64,000 bases of DNA, from NCBI GenBank assembly GCA_036677065.1, contig JAKFBS010000002.1, positions 64,001-128,000 of the forward strand, given 5' to 3'. Shown here in pieces: positions 28,801 through 38,925 of the stretch. This DNA is from Bdellovibrio sp. (lineage in GTDB: Bacteria; Bdellovibrionota; Bdellovibrionia; Bdellovibrionales; Bdellovibrionaceae). Every line of letters starts with the position of its first letter. The first letter of the stretch is position 1. Made by a program: the position numbers and the translations under genes. The notes beneath the pieces are model-generated. The model saw nothing but the letters and a program-made list of their open reading frames with translations. It was not told the origin of the DNA and made no database searches.

Positions 28801-30229
28801 AAATTCAGATTTTATCGTTTTATCGCTGGGGCGCCTGTTGCAAGCAGTGGGCGCGGTTATCAGCATTAGATTTATGACTGAAGTTTTACCGCCGGAGCAG
28901 ATTGGTCTGCAGTACGTGATTTATGCGGCGATTTTATGGTTTAGCTTGGTGCTGGTTAACCCATTCGGCATGTTTATTAATCGCTATCTTTATGAATGGA
29001 AAGAAAAAGGTGAATTAGTCACCCACTTAAAAAGAATAAATTTTTATTTTTTAGCCGTAGCCAGCTTAAGTGCGCTTCTTTTTATGTTGAATCGCCAGTT
29101 TTCGGTATTAACTATTAATGCCGAAATTCAGAGTTTGAATTTTATAGCCTATGCGTTTGTATATCTATATTTAAGTACTTGGTATCAGACGCTGACTTCG
29201 TTTTTTAATATTTTCAAAATGCAAAAAGTTTTTGTTTTTTTGACGAATTTATCTCAATACCTGGGTTTGTTAATCGCCGTTTCGTTAGTAACTACTGTCG
29301 CGGCTTCGGCTCATATGTGGTTGTATGGATTGCTTTCTGGGCAAATTCTATCGCTTTGTTTGGGTCTTTATTTGTTTAATAAGTACGTCATTAAAGCTTT
29401 GCCAGCACGTGATACAGTTATTGAGGTTAAAAGTATTTTTAATCATAAAACATTTCAGTTTTGTTATCCGGTGGCGATTACCACATTTTCGATTTGGTTT
29501 TTAGCTCAGGGGTATCGTTTTATTATTGAAGCCTTTGGTGGACTTAGCTTATTAGCTTCGTTAGGTATCGGGCTTGGTTTAGCGCTAAACTGCGCCGGGG
29601 TTGTAGAGGCTATTGTCAGTCAATTTTTATACCCGACTTACTATTCTAGTTTAAAGGTGGATGATCCGCAGTCGGGTCGTCAGGCATGGCTTGAGTTATG
29701 GCAGAAAAGTACAAGTGTTTATATTCCGTTGATCTTTTTTTGTGTCGGGAATGTTTTTTTAATACTTAGAATTTTAGTTTCTGAAAGCTTCTTATCTATT
29801 GAAAATTTCGTGATTTTTGGTTTTTGCGTGGAGTTGCTGCGATTGATGTCTAATGTGCTTTACATATCTTTGCATGGCGAATTAAAAACAAAAATGAGTA
29901 TTCTGCCTTATGGAGCTGCGGCTATATTTTTACTGATTAGTTTGCAGTTAAGTCATCGTTTTTCATATTTTTCGGTTCAGGCGGTATTAGGGCTTTTAAT
30001 TATGGCGCAGGGGTTGGTGCTGTTTTTAATGTTTAGAAATGCAGTTAAGACTTTGCAATATAAAATTCCACTGAGCCCGTTGTTTAGTCTTGTGGTTAAA
30101 TCTTTACCGCTACTTGCAGCTGTTTTTGTTTTTCACCAGACGACACCGCTTTGGATGTTGCTCGCGTATGCGTGTGCGTCTGGCGCGTATCTTTTATTTT
30201 TACTGCGACGTTTTAATAACTTGTTCTAG
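28781..30229 (+). CDS. wzx: Wzx-type oligosaccharide flippase
   Basis: Multi-TM MOP-like pattern; RFMTEVLPPEQIG near the N-terminus; start moved to MKKF. Confidence 0.7.
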   Translation: MKKFLSKNSDFIVLSLGRLLQAVGAVISIRFMTEVLPPEQIGLQYVIYAAILWFSLVLVNPFGMFINRYLYEWKEKGELVTHLKRINFYFLAVASLSALLFMLNRQFSVLTINAEIQSLNFIAYAFVYLYLSTWYQTLTSFFNIFKMQKVFVFLTNLSQYLGLLIAVSLVTTVAASAHMWLYGLLSGQILSLCLGLYLFNKYVIKALPARDTVIEVKSIFNHKTFQFCYPVAITTFSIWFLAQGYRFIIEAFGGLSLLASLGIGLGLALNCAGVVEAIVSQFLYPTYYSSLKVDDPQSGRQAWLELWQKSTSVYIPLIFFCVGNVFLILRILVSESFLSIENFVIFGFCVELLRLMSNVLYISLHGELKTKMSILPYGAAAIFLLISLQLSHRFSYFSVQAVLGLLIMAQGLVLFLMFRNAVKTLQYKIPLSPLFSLVVKSLPLLAAVFVFHQTTPLWMLLAYACASGAYLLFLLRRFNNLF

Positions 30230-31534
30230 TTGTTCTAGCATGTAATTCATTTTTTGTTCGTTTAAGGCTGGGTGTACGCCAATCCAAAAAAGTTTATTCA
30301 TGACTAAATTCGTAGTATCAAGATCGCCATGTACTCGATAATTTACGTTCTTGTAAGCCGGTTGTTTAATTAGGTTTCCGGCAAAAAACAAACGTGTGCC
30401 GATTTTAGCATTTTCAAGATTTGAAACAACTTTTTCGCGATTTAAATTTTCCATACAATACATCGGAAATCCAAACCAGCTTGGGTTGGTGTTTTCTGTC
30501 GCTACCACGGGATTAAAATGTTTCGCAAGAATAGGTGATTGTTTAATGCCATTATAAAGGTATTGCCAGTTAGCACGGCGTTTTTCAATAAAGCCATCTA
30601 CTTTTTTAAGCTGTGAAATACCAAGGGCTGCTTGCATATCTGTAACTTTTAAATTGTAGCCAACGTGTGAATAAATGTATTTATGATCGTAACCTTCAGG
30701 TAAATCACCTAATTTTTGGCAAAAGCGCTTACCACATGTATTGTCTTTTCCAGGTTCGCACCAGCAGTCGCGGCCCCAGTCACGGTAACTTTCGGCGATT
30801 TTTTTAAGACGGCCTTCTTTTGAAATAACTGCGCCACCTTCGCCCATAGTGATGTGATGGGCTGGGTAAAAGCTAGTTGTCGCGTATTCGCCAAAGCTGC
30901 CAACAGATTGATTGTTGATGGTGGCGCCTAAGGCATCACAGCAGTCTTCAATTAAAAATAAATTTTCTTTTTTGCACCATTCAGCGATTAAGTCTGCGCG
31001 GTAAGGGTTTCCTAAACTGTGTGCTAGCACAACAGCTCTGGTTTTTGCTGTTTTCGCAGCAAAAATTTTCTCAGGAAGTGCGTTTAAAGTTGCAGCGTCA
31101 ATATCAACAAAAACTGGAATCCAGCCATTTTGCACAATGGGATTTACCGTGGTCGGAAATCCCGCAGCAACTGTAATCACTTCGTCGCCTGGTTTTAGAG
31201 GTGTAAGACCCATTTTAAGTAAATCAGGAGAACCCAAAGAAGAAATCGCCACTAAATTAGCACTTGAACCACTGTTTACTAAAAGTGATTTAGTAGTGCG
31301 CCCGAACAATTTGCTAAAGTTTGATTCAAATTCTCTAGCATAGCGTCCTGCTGTTAACCACATGTCTAAAGAGGCATCGATAAGGTGTCCTAAATCATCA
31401 GCATCAACAACTTTGGCTGTGACAGGGATATAGGTTTTGCCTGGGATAAATTCAGCTGGTGTATTGGTCGCATTAAAGTAAGATTTCGCTGAGTTAATAA
31501 TTTCTAAACGCTGGTTGTTATTTTCAAGATTCAT
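30200..31534 (-). CDS. rfbH: CDP-4-keto-6-deoxy-D-glucose 3-dehydrase (E1; RfbH/DdhC)
   Basis: NSGSSAN, FPTTVNP, EDCCDA, FYPAHHITMGEGG, GRDCWC..DNTC [2Fe-2S] motif, YDHKY. Confidence 0.95.
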   Translation of the reverse strand: MNLENNNQRLEIINSAKSYFNATNTPAEFIPGKTYIPVTAKVVDADDLGHLIDASLDMWLTAGRYAREFESNFSKLFGRTTKSLLVNSGSSANLVAISSLGSPDLLKMGLTPLKPGDEVITVAAGFPTTVNPIVQNGWIPVFVDIDAATLNALPEKIFAAKTAKTRAVVLAHSLGNPYRADLIAEWCKKENLFLIEDCCDALGATINNQSVGSFGEYATTSFYPAHHITMGEGGAVISKEGRLKKIAESYRDWGRDCWCEPGKDNTCGKRFCQKLGDLPEGYDHKYIYSHVGYNLKVTDMQAALGISQLKKVDGFIEKRRANWQYLYNGIKQSPILAKHFNPVVATENTNPSWFGFPMYCMENLNREKVVSNLENAKIGTRLFFAGNLIKQPAYKNVNYRVHGDLDTTNLVMNKLFWIGVHPALNEQKMNYMLEQLEQVIKTSQ

Positions 31535-31586
31535 TGTTTGCCTCTCTTAATTTGCATATACTTAATGGTTACTGGGAGATAGTCAA

Positions 31587-32354
31587 ATGAAAGTAGTTTT
31601 GTTAGCCGGCGGATTAGGAACTAGAATTAGCGAAGAAAGTCATCTGCGTCCAAAGCCTATGATTGAAATCGGTGGTAAGCCTATTTTGTGGCATATTATG
31701 AAAACTTATTCGCACTACGGATTAAATGATTTCATTATTTGTTGTGGCTATAAGGGCTATGTTATCAAAGAATATTTTGCGAATTATTTTATGCATTTAT
31801 CTGATGTTACCTTTGATTTAAAAAATAATAAAATGAAGGTTCACAATAGCACTTCAGAACCTTGGAATGTGACACTTGTCGACACTGGAGAAAACACGAT
31901 GACTGGTGGTCGTCTTAAACGTGTCAAGGAGTACATCGGCAATGAGCCTTTTTGTTTAACCTATGGTGATGGTGTAGCTGATATTGATATCAGTAAGCTA
32001 GTCGCATTTCACAAAGAGCATGGGCGCATGGCTACACTAACAGCAACGCAACCTCCAGGGCGTTTTGGAGCTCTTAGCATCGATGGCACGAAAATTAATT
32101 CTTTTAAAGAAAAACCAGTAGGTGACGGCAATTGGATTAACGGTGGTTTTTTTGTTCTTGATTCTAAGGTTCTAGATTTAATTGATAACGATGAAACAGT
32201 TTGGGAAAAGAAACCCTTAGAAAAATTAGCTGAGTCGGACAATTTGCAAGCCTTTTTTCATGATGGCTTTTGGCAACCTATGGATACATTGAGAGATAAA
32301 ACACACCTTGAAGAACTTTGGTCTAAACAACAAGCACCTTGGAAAGTTTGGTAG
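31587..32354 (+). CDS. rfbF: Glucose-1-phosphate cytidylyltransferase
   Basis: LAGGLGTRISEE, PKPM, TMTGGR, TYGDG, WQPMDTLRD. Confidence 0.97.
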   Translation: MKVVLLAGGLGTRISEESHLRPKPMIEIGGKPILWHIMKTYSHYGLNDFIICCGYKGYVIKEYFANYFMHLSDVTFDLKNNKMKVHNSTSEPWNVTLVDTGENTMTGGRLKRVKEYIGNEPFCLTYGDGVADIDISKLVAFHKEHGRMATLTATQPPGRFGALSIDGTKINSFKEKPVGDGNWINGGFFVLDSKVLDLIDNDETVWEKKPLEKLAESDNLQAFFHDGFWQPMDTLRDKTHLEELWSKQQAPWKVW

Positions 32355-32361
32355 TTCATCG

Positions 32362-33411
32362 ATGTCATTTTGGAAAGATAAAAAGGTATTTCTGACGGGA
32401 CACACAGGCTTTAAAGGCAGCTGGATGAGTTTATGGTTATTAAAATCTGGCGCAAAACTTACAGGATATTCTTTAGGCCTTCCCACAACGCCAAGCCTTT
32501 TTCAGGATTTAAAAATCGAAAAAGACATGAATTCAATTTTCGCGGACGTTAGAAATTTCGAGGCCGTTAAAAAAAGTATGGATGAAGCAAAGCCCGATAT
32601 TGTCATTCATATGGCAGCACAGCCATTGGTTCGTTATTCGTATTCACATCCGATAGAGACATACGCGACTAATGTTATGGGCACTGTTCATGTCTTAGAG
32701 GCGGCTAGATCAAGCAAAACTGTTCGTGCAGTACTCAATGTAACAAGTGATAAGTGCTACGAAAATCAAGAGCGCGAAGCTGGCTATAAGGAAAACGAAC
32801 CCATGGGTGGTTATGACCCTTACAGCAATAGTAAAGGCTGTTCTGAGCTTGTAACATCAGCTTACCGTAGATCATTTTTTAACTCTGAAAAAATTGGACT
32901 TGCGAGCGGGCGAGCTGGAAATGTTATTGGTGGTGGCGACTGGGCGTTAGATCGATTAGTGCCTGATATCGTCAGAGCTGTTCTTCAAAATGAAAAACTA
33001 ACTATTCGCAATCCAAAATCAACTCGACCGTGGCAGCATGTGTTGGAGCCGGTGAATGGTTACTTGTCGTTAACTGAAAAACTTTACACTGACGGTTTAA
33101 AATATGCCGAAGGTTTTAATTTTGGACCTGCTAAATCAGACCATTGTGATGTCGAAACTATCATTCGTATTATGAATAAACACTGGGACGGAAAAATTAA
33201 TTACGAAATTATTCAACCTAAAGAGCAGCCTCATGAAGCGCATTTATTAAGCCTTGACTGCACGAAAGCAGAAGAAGTGCTTAAGTGGAAACCACGCTGG
33301 AATTTAGACAGAGCGCTTCAGATGACAGTTGAGTGGAATAAAAAAAGATTAGATCAACAGACGATCAGCCAAATATGCCTAGAGCAAATTGATCAGTACG
33401 AAAAAGGTTAA
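32362..33411 (+). CDS. rfbG: CDP-glucose 4,6-dehydratase
   Basis: GHTGFKGSW, AAQPLVR, TSDKCY, DPYSNSK, RAGNVIGGGD, RPWQHVLEP; start moved to MSFW. Confidence 0.96.
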   Translation: MSFWKDKKVFLTGHTGFKGSWMSLWLLKSGAKLTGYSLGLPTTPSLFQDLKIEKDMNSIFADVRNFEAVKKSMDEAKPDIVIHMAAQPLVRYSYSHPIETYATNVMGTVHVLEAARSSKTVRAVLNVTSDKCYENQEREAGYKENEPMGGYDPYSNSKGCSELVTSAYRRSFFNSEKIGLASGRAGNVIGGGDWALDRLVPDIVRAVLQNEKLTIRNPKSTRPWQHVLEPVNGYLSLTEKLYTDGLKYAEGFNFGPAKSDHCDVETIIRIMNKHWDGKINYEIIQPKEQPHEAHLLSLDCTKAEEVLKWKPRWNLDRALQMTVEWNKKRLDQQTISQICLEQIDQYEKG

Positions 33412-34295
33412 TGATGAGAAAAATTAAAACCGCAATTATCGGCAGTGGAAATATTGGTACCGATTTGTTAATTAAAATATTAAGATCAAAAAGTTTGTCT
33501 TGCGGTGCTTTTATTGGTCGGAACTTATCGTCTCAAGGTATTCAAAAAGCTATGCAGTTAGGTGTGCTAACTTCTTCTGACGGTATAGATTTCATTTTGA
33601 AAAACCCAGATTGTTGTGAAATTGTGTTCGATGCAACATCGGCATCAAGTCATTTGGTTCATGCACCTATTCTAGAAAAGTTAGGAAAACGTGTAATTGA
33701 TTTAACTCCAGCAAAATTGGGCGGTATGTGCGTGCCAGCCGTTAATTTAGAGCAAAGCTTAAATTTAACAAATGTGAATATGGTTACATGCGGAGGGCAA
33801 GCTTCGCTTCCTTTAGTCAGAGCGATTGGCGAAACGCAGGTGGGAATCGACTACATTGAAGTGGTGTCATCGATTGCTTCGCGTAGTGCCGGACCAGCAA
33901 CTCGTTTAAATTTAGATGAATACATTCATACGACTGAGGAAGGGATTAAGTTTTTCTCAGGAGCCAAAAGAACAAAAGCAATTTTAAATCTTAATCCGGC
34001 TGTTCCATGCATCAACATGCAAACTACAGTTTTGGCGAAAGTTGAAAATCCAGATATTGAAAAACTTAAACCTGTTGTTAATCATTACATCGATAAAGTT
34101 AGAAAATACGTGCCAGGATATGAATTGATTGTAGGGCCCGTTTTAGAAAATGGCCGTATTTTTATGAGCATTCGAGTTAAAGGGCTTGGGGATTACCTTC
34201 CTGAGTACGCGGGTAATCTTGATATTATCAATTGTGCAGCTATAGCTATGGCTGAAGAGTATGCTCAAACTATGTTAAAAAAAGGTGATTTATGA
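33411..34295 (+). CDS. mhpF: Acetaldehyde dehydrogenase (acylating), DmpF/MhpF family
   Basis: IIGSGNIGTDL, FDATSA, DLTPA, NVNMVTCGGQA, SAGPATR, YAGNLDI. Confidence 0.92.
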   Translation: MMRKIKTAIIGSGNIGTDLLIKILRSKSLSCGAFIGRNLSSQGIQKAMQLGVLTSSDGIDFILKNPDCCEIVFDATSASSHLVHAPILEKLGKRVIDLTPAKLGGMCVPAVNLEQSLNLTNVNMVTCGGQASLPLVRAIGETQVGIDYIEVVSSIASRSAGPATRLNLDEYIHTTEEGIKFFSGAKRTKAILNLNPAVPCINMQTTVLAKVENPDIEKLKPVVNHYIDKVRKYVPGYELIVGPVLENGRIFMSIRVKGLGDYLPEYAGNLDIINCAAIAMAEEYAQTMLKKGDL

Positions 34296-35308
34296 GACAA
34301 ATTTTAATTAGTGACCCCACACTTAGAGATGGAAACCATGCAGTTCGCCACGCACTGACTGGTGAACAAATTAAAAAGTATTGTCAAGCAGCTGATGCTG
34401 CTAGAATTCCAATCGTTGAAATTGGACATGGTAATGGAATTGGCGCATCTTCACTTCAATTAGGCGAAGCGGCTTGTCCGGATGAAGATTCTTTGCGAAT
34501 TGCTCGTGAAAACTTAAAACACTCAAAACTTGGAATTCATATGATTCCAGGATTTGCAACTATTGAAAAAGATCTCAAAAAAGCCATCGATTACGGAGTG
34601 GACGTGATTCGCGTTGCTGCTCACTGTACGGAAGCTGACGTAACACAAAGACATATTGAATACGCGCGCAAGCAAGATAAAACAGTTTACGGCGTATTGA
34701 TGATGTCACACATGGCTTCTAAAGAAACTTTATTAGAGGAAGCAAAAAAAATGGAATCCTATGGTGCACAGTTGCTTATATTCATGGACTCGGCTGGCTA
34801 TTACTTGCCGGGAGATGTGAAGGAGCGAGTGACTCACTTGGTTCAAGGTTTAACAATTCCTGTTGGATTTCATGCCCATAATAACTTAGGTATGGCCATT
34901 GCAAACTCTGTTACAGCTATTGAGTGTGGAGCCGAATTACTTGATGGCTGCGCGCGTGGTTTTGGCGCAGGAGCTGGAAATGCACAGATTGAAGTTCTGG
35001 TCGCTGTTTTGCATCGTATGGGTTACACGACGGGTATAGATTTTTATAAACTTTTAGACGCTGCTGATATTGCGGAAAAAGAATTAATGACTGCGCCGCC
35101 AACAATCACCTCAACAAGCGTGATTAGTGGTTTATCTGGAGTTTTCTCTGGTTTCATTAAACCAGTGGATCGTATCGCTAAACAATTGAATTTGGATCCA
35201 CGTGATATTTTTATGGAGCTAGGACGTCGTAAAATTATCGCAGGACAAGAAGACTACATCATGGATGTTGCTAAAGACTTGGCTGCTAAGTCAGGTGCGG
35301 GTTTATGA
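34292..35308 (+). CDS. mhpE: 4-hydroxy-2-oxovalerate aldolase, DmpG/MhpE family
   Basis: DPTLRDGNH, GHGNG, HCTEAD, LMMSHM, DSAG, HAHNNLG, GAGAGN, GQED. Confidence 0.92.
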   Translation: MRQILISDPTLRDGNHAVRHALTGEQIKKYCQAADAARIPIVEIGHGNGIGASSLQLGEAACPDEDSLRIARENLKHSKLGIHMIPGFATIEKDLKKAIDYGVDVIRVAAHCTEADVTQRHIEYARKQDKTVYGVLMMSHMASKETLLEEAKKMESYGAQLLIFMDSAGYYLPGDVKERVTHLVQGLTIPVGFHAHNNLGMAIANSVTAIECGAELLDGCARGFGAGAGNAQIEVLVAVLHRMGYTTGIDFYKLLDAADIAEKELMTAPPTITSTSVISGLSGVFSGFIKPVDRIAKQLNLDPRDIFMELGRRKIIAGQEDYIMDVAKDLAAKSGAGL

Positions 35309-36378
35309 GTTTACAAAAATATCAATTTATTCAAGAAGATTTAAAAAACCTATTTTCACAAGTTCAAGTGCAAAACTTAGAGTCTTTAAAAAATTCTCAA
35401 GTGTGTATTACAGGTGGTTCCGGTTTTATCGGCACATGGTTGTGCGAGATTATTAATTACTTGAACGAAAATCATAAGTTTCAAACACGTGTTCATGTTA
35501 TTGATCGCGACATTGAAAAAATTAAAAAAAATGCGCCATACTTTTTAGACTCTCAACTATTCACCTTTCAAATGGCTGATGTGAAAAACATTTTAGAGCT
35601 TCCTAAAGATGTGGGCTTCATAGTGCATGCAGCTGGGCAACCAGACAGCCGCTATCATCTTTCTAATCCAGTAGATACTATGAATAGTATCGCTCAAGGT
35701 ACGGACGCACTTTTAAGATGCGCAGAACGACTAACACACTTAAAAATGTTTTTAACTCTGAGTTCATCTTTAGTTTATGGAAGTTTTTTTGACCGTGTTG
35801 AAAACACATCAGAAACTGATCAGTTACCGATTGATGAAGCCAGTATTTCAAATGTTTATGCAGCGGCGAAAAAATTCTCAGAAACTCAGACAATTGCGTA
35901 TAAAAATCAATTTCGAGTTCCTGTGACTATTCTTAGACCGTTTACTTTTATGGGGCCGTACCAATCACTTCAGGGTCCATGGGCCTTGAATAATTTTATT
36001 AACGACATGATTAATAAAAAATCGATCAAAGTATTGGGCGATGGCGAAACGATCAGAAGTTTTCTTTACGCTAGTGATGCTGCTTGGTGGATTTTATCAG
36101 CTCTGGTTAATGCAGAATCAGGTTCGATTTATAATCTAGGAAGTCAGCAAGCGACAAGTCTTAAAGAGTTAGCCTCGTTAGTGGGGGCTTATCGTATGGA
36201 TTCTGCGCATGAAGGCGTAAGCGAAATTATTTACTGTGCCGGTACAGGAACAAGTCTTAAAAAAAGTCGTATGGTTCCGAACGTAGAAAAAATGACGCAA
36301 AAATTCGCCGTAAAACAAACAGTTCCTCTGCAGCAAGCGGTTGAGAGAACTATTCAATGGCATTTGCTAAACTCATAA
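35305..36378 (+). CDS. Extended SDR nucleotide-sugar epimerase/reductase
   Basis: GGSGFIG, YAAAK, GDGETIRSFLYASD. Confidence 0.88.
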   Translation: MSLQKYQFIQEDLKNLFSQVQVQNLESLKNSQVCITGGSGFIGTWLCEIINYLNENHKFQTRVHVIDRDIEKIKKNAPYFLDSQLFTFQMADVKNILELPKDVGFIVHAAGQPDSRYHLSNPVDTMNSIAQGTDALLRCAERLTHLKMFLTLSSSLVYGSFFDRVENTSETDQLPIDEASISNVYAAAKKFSETQTIAYKNQFRVPVTILRPFTFMGPYQSLQGPWALNNFINDMINKKSIKVLGDGETIRSFLYASDAAWWILSALVNAESGSIYNLGSQQATSLKELASLVGAYRMDSAHEGVSEIIYCAGTGTSLKKSRMVPNVEKMTQKFAVKQTVPLQQAVERTIQWHLLNS

Positions 36379-36379
36379 T

Positions 36380-37117
36380 ATGATTAAAACTTTAAAAGAA
36401 AAGCTGAATGCGGGTGAATCTGTTTATGGTGTGTGGAGTATTATAGCTGCACCAATGCTTAATGAAATCATTGCACTGTCTGGATTTGATTTTCAAATTT
36501 TAGATATGGAGCATGGCACTCATGACGTTTCTACATTAGAAAACTCAATCAGGGCTTGTGAATTATGGGGTTGCTCTCCGTTAGTGCGGCTTCCGCTGAT
36601 TGACTTGGGGTTGGCGCAAAAAGTTTTAGATTTAGGTGTAGCAGGGCTGATCATACCACAAGTTAAAAACTTTGCTCAGGCAGAAGCAGCCACTAGACTT
36701 TTACATTATGCTCCAGACGGTGACAGGGGCTTTAACCCATTCACTCGCGGCAATTTATTTAAAATTAAATCTAAAGAAAAATCAGGCTTAATTTGTGGTT
36801 TAATTATTGAAAATAAAACAGCTTTTGCTGATTTAGATCAGATTTTAACTTTAAAAAATTTAGATGTGATTTATTTAGGTGCGTATGATATGTCGGTCGC
36901 TTTAGGAAAGCCCGGTGATATGTCTAATCCTGAGCTTTTAAATTTTATCGATGTGAGCTTGAAAAAAATTAAAGCAGCAGGAAAAATTGCAGGTTTAATG
37001 GCTGATAGCCAAGCCTTAAAAATTTATGAAAAGCAGGGCGCACAATTCTTAGTTCGCGGTGTAGACTCAAATCTGATTGGTGAAAATTTAAAAAAGTTAA
37101 AGTCTGAATTGGTGTAG
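36380..37117 (+). CDS. HpcH/HpaI-family pyruvate aldolase
   Basis: GFDFQILDMEHG, VR, LDLG, P.GDRG, IIEN, GAYDMS. Confidence 0.9.
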   Translation: MIKTLKEKLNAGESVYGVWSIIAAPMLNEIIALSGFDFQILDMEHGTHDVSTLENSIRACELWGCSPLVRLPLIDLGLAQKVLDLGVAGLIIPQVKNFAQAEAATRLLHYAPDGDRGFNPFTRGNLFKIKSKEKSGLICGLIIENKTAFADLDQILTLKNLDVIYLGAYDMSVALGKPGDMSNPELLNFIDVSLKKIKAAGKIAGLMADSQALKIYEKQGAQFLVRGVDSNLIGENLKKLKSELV

Positions 37118-37122
37118 GTGAA

Positions 37123-38925
37123 GTGATGCGTGTAGCAGACTATATTGCAGAGTATTTAGAAAAGTTAGGCGTAGAAAAAGTGTTCTTGCTTTCGGGCGGG
37201 GGCATGATGCATTTATTAGATGCTATCAGCCGACGTGAGAAGATTACCTATGTTTGTAATCATCATGAACAGTCTTGTGGAATGGCTGCAGATGCTTATG
37301 CGAGAGTATCTGGTAAGCTTGGAGTGTGTTATGCCACGAGTGGTCCGGGGGGGACTAATACGCTTACGGCTGTAGTTGGTGCTTACCAAGATTCATCGCC
37401 AGTTTTATTTATTACAGGACAAAGTAAAGTTAGCCAAACTATTCGCGGCCGCCATATGCCAGGTCTTCGGCAGTTCGGAACATTTGAAGTTGATGTCATT
37501 TCAACGGTAGAGTCAGTCACTAAATATGCCGCGTTTATAGACGATGCAGATCTGATTAAATATCATTTAGATAAAGCCGTGCATTTTGCTTTTGATGGTC
37601 GACCAGGAAGTGTTTTTTTAGATATTCCTTTAGACATTCAAGGGCGAACTATAGACCCTGCAAAACTTAAAGGATTTGTTCCTGAATCTTCGCCAAAGAT
37701 TGAAGATTCAGAGATATTCAAAAATGATCTAGCCGATTTAGTTGCTAAATTATCAACTGCAAAAAAACCACTTTTCCTAGCTGGTTACGGGGTGCGTGCG
37801 GCACACGTAACTGAAAAGTATAAAAAAATGATCGAGTTACTGCAAATTCCAACACTAACGACTTGTTTTGGAACCGACATCGTCGAATTTGAGCACCCAC
37901 TTTTTGTCGGTCACCCTGGTGTTAAGGGAGACCGTGCGGGAAATTTTGCAATTCAAAATACCGATTTGCTAATATCAGTGGGCGCAAGTTTACATGTTAC
38001 AACCACAGGGTACGAATTAGATCAATTTGCGCCGAAAGCTTTTAAAGTTTTGGTGGATCCTGATGAAAAAGTGCACGTTCGTGAAGAAGTGGGTGTGAAT
38101 AAAAAGTTTATCTGCAATGTTGAAATATTTATTGATGAAGTTTTGGACTATTTGCAAAAAAATAAAACTCAAACAAGTTGTGCGCAATGGAAAGAACATT
38201 GTCAGTTTTGGAAACGTGAACTTTTAGTTTATAAAGAACCACACGTCACCGAAGGGGATAAAATTAATTTTTATCAGTTTGCAGAAAAGCTAGATCAAGC
38301 TTGTAGCGAAAATGATATCATTGTGACGGATGCTGGATCAGCTTTTTATGTTGTTGGCCAAGCCTTCCGTACTAAAAAAAATCAACGCGTAATCAATTCT
38401 GGATCACTGGGTGCCATGGGCTTTGCGCTGCCAGCTGCTACTGGAGCAGCCTTTGCTGCGCCGGATAGAACAGTTGTCTGTGTTACTGGTGATGGTTCGT
38501 TACAAACGAACATCCATGAATTGGCGGTTTTTAAACGTTATAATTTAAATATCAAACTATTTGTGGTGAACAATGATGGGTATGTTTGTATCCGCAACAC
38601 TCAGAATAACTTTTTTCAGGGGCACTTAGCTGGAACTAGTTATGAGTCAGGTGTTTTTATTCCCGACACGCAAAAAATTGCTCAGGCTTATGAACTTACC
38701 TACATGTCGACAAAAAGTATTTCTGAGGTGGATCAATTGGTAAAGAAAGCTCTAGCTACTCCGGGGCCTGTGATCTGCGAAATATTTACGCCAAAATATC
38801 AAGATATTATTCCAACAGTTTCTTCAAAGCGACTCGACGACGGCAGTATGAAGTCTATGCCACTTGATAATATGTCGCCGTTTATGAATGATGAAGTTCG
38901 TAAGAAATACGAAGTTAAATTTTAG
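37123..38925 (+). CDS. ThDP-dependent acetolactate-synthase-like carboligase (YerE/ErwE type)
   Basis: GGGMMHL, HHEQ, TSGPG, GDGS...NN ThDP motif; no IlvN/IlvC genes nearby. Confidence 0.85.
   Translation: MMRVADYIAEYLEKLGVEKVFLLSGGGMMHLLDAISRREKITYVCNHHEQSCGMAADAYARVSGKLGVCYATSGPGGTNTLTAVVGAYQDSSPVLFITGQSKVSQTIRGRHMPGLRQFGTFEVDVISTVESVTKYAAFIDDADLIKYHLDKAVHFAFDGRPGSVFLDIPLDIQGRTIDPAKLKGFVPESSPKIEDSEIFKNDLADLVAKLSTAKKPLFLAGYGVRAAHVTEKYKKMIELLQIPTLTTCFGTDIVEFEHPLFVGHPGVKGDRAGNFAIQNTDLLISVGASLHVTTTGYELDQFAPKAFKVLVDPDEKVHVREEVGVNKKFICNVEIFIDEVLDYLQKNKTQTSCAQWKEHCQFWKRELLVYKEPHVTEGDKINFYQFAEKLDQACSENDIIVTDAGSAFYVVGQAFRTKKNQRVINSGSLGAMGFALPAATGAAFAAPDRTVVCVTGDGSLQTNIHELAVFKRYNLNIKLFVVNNDGYVCIRNTQNNFFQGHLAGTSYESGVFIPDTQKIAQAYELTYMSTKSISEVDQLVKKALATPGPVICEIFTPKYQDIIPTVSSKRLDDGSMKSMPLDNMSPFMNDEVRKKYEVKF

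Noticed and set aside
33411..35308. Aromatic meta-cleavage catabolic operon
   Set aside because: No upstream ring-cleavage enzymes; dmpFG are coupled to rfbG and a sugar SDR
37123..38925. Branched-chain amino acid ilvB
   Set aside because: No ilvN/ilvC/ilvD nearby; the context is NDP-sugar biosynthesis
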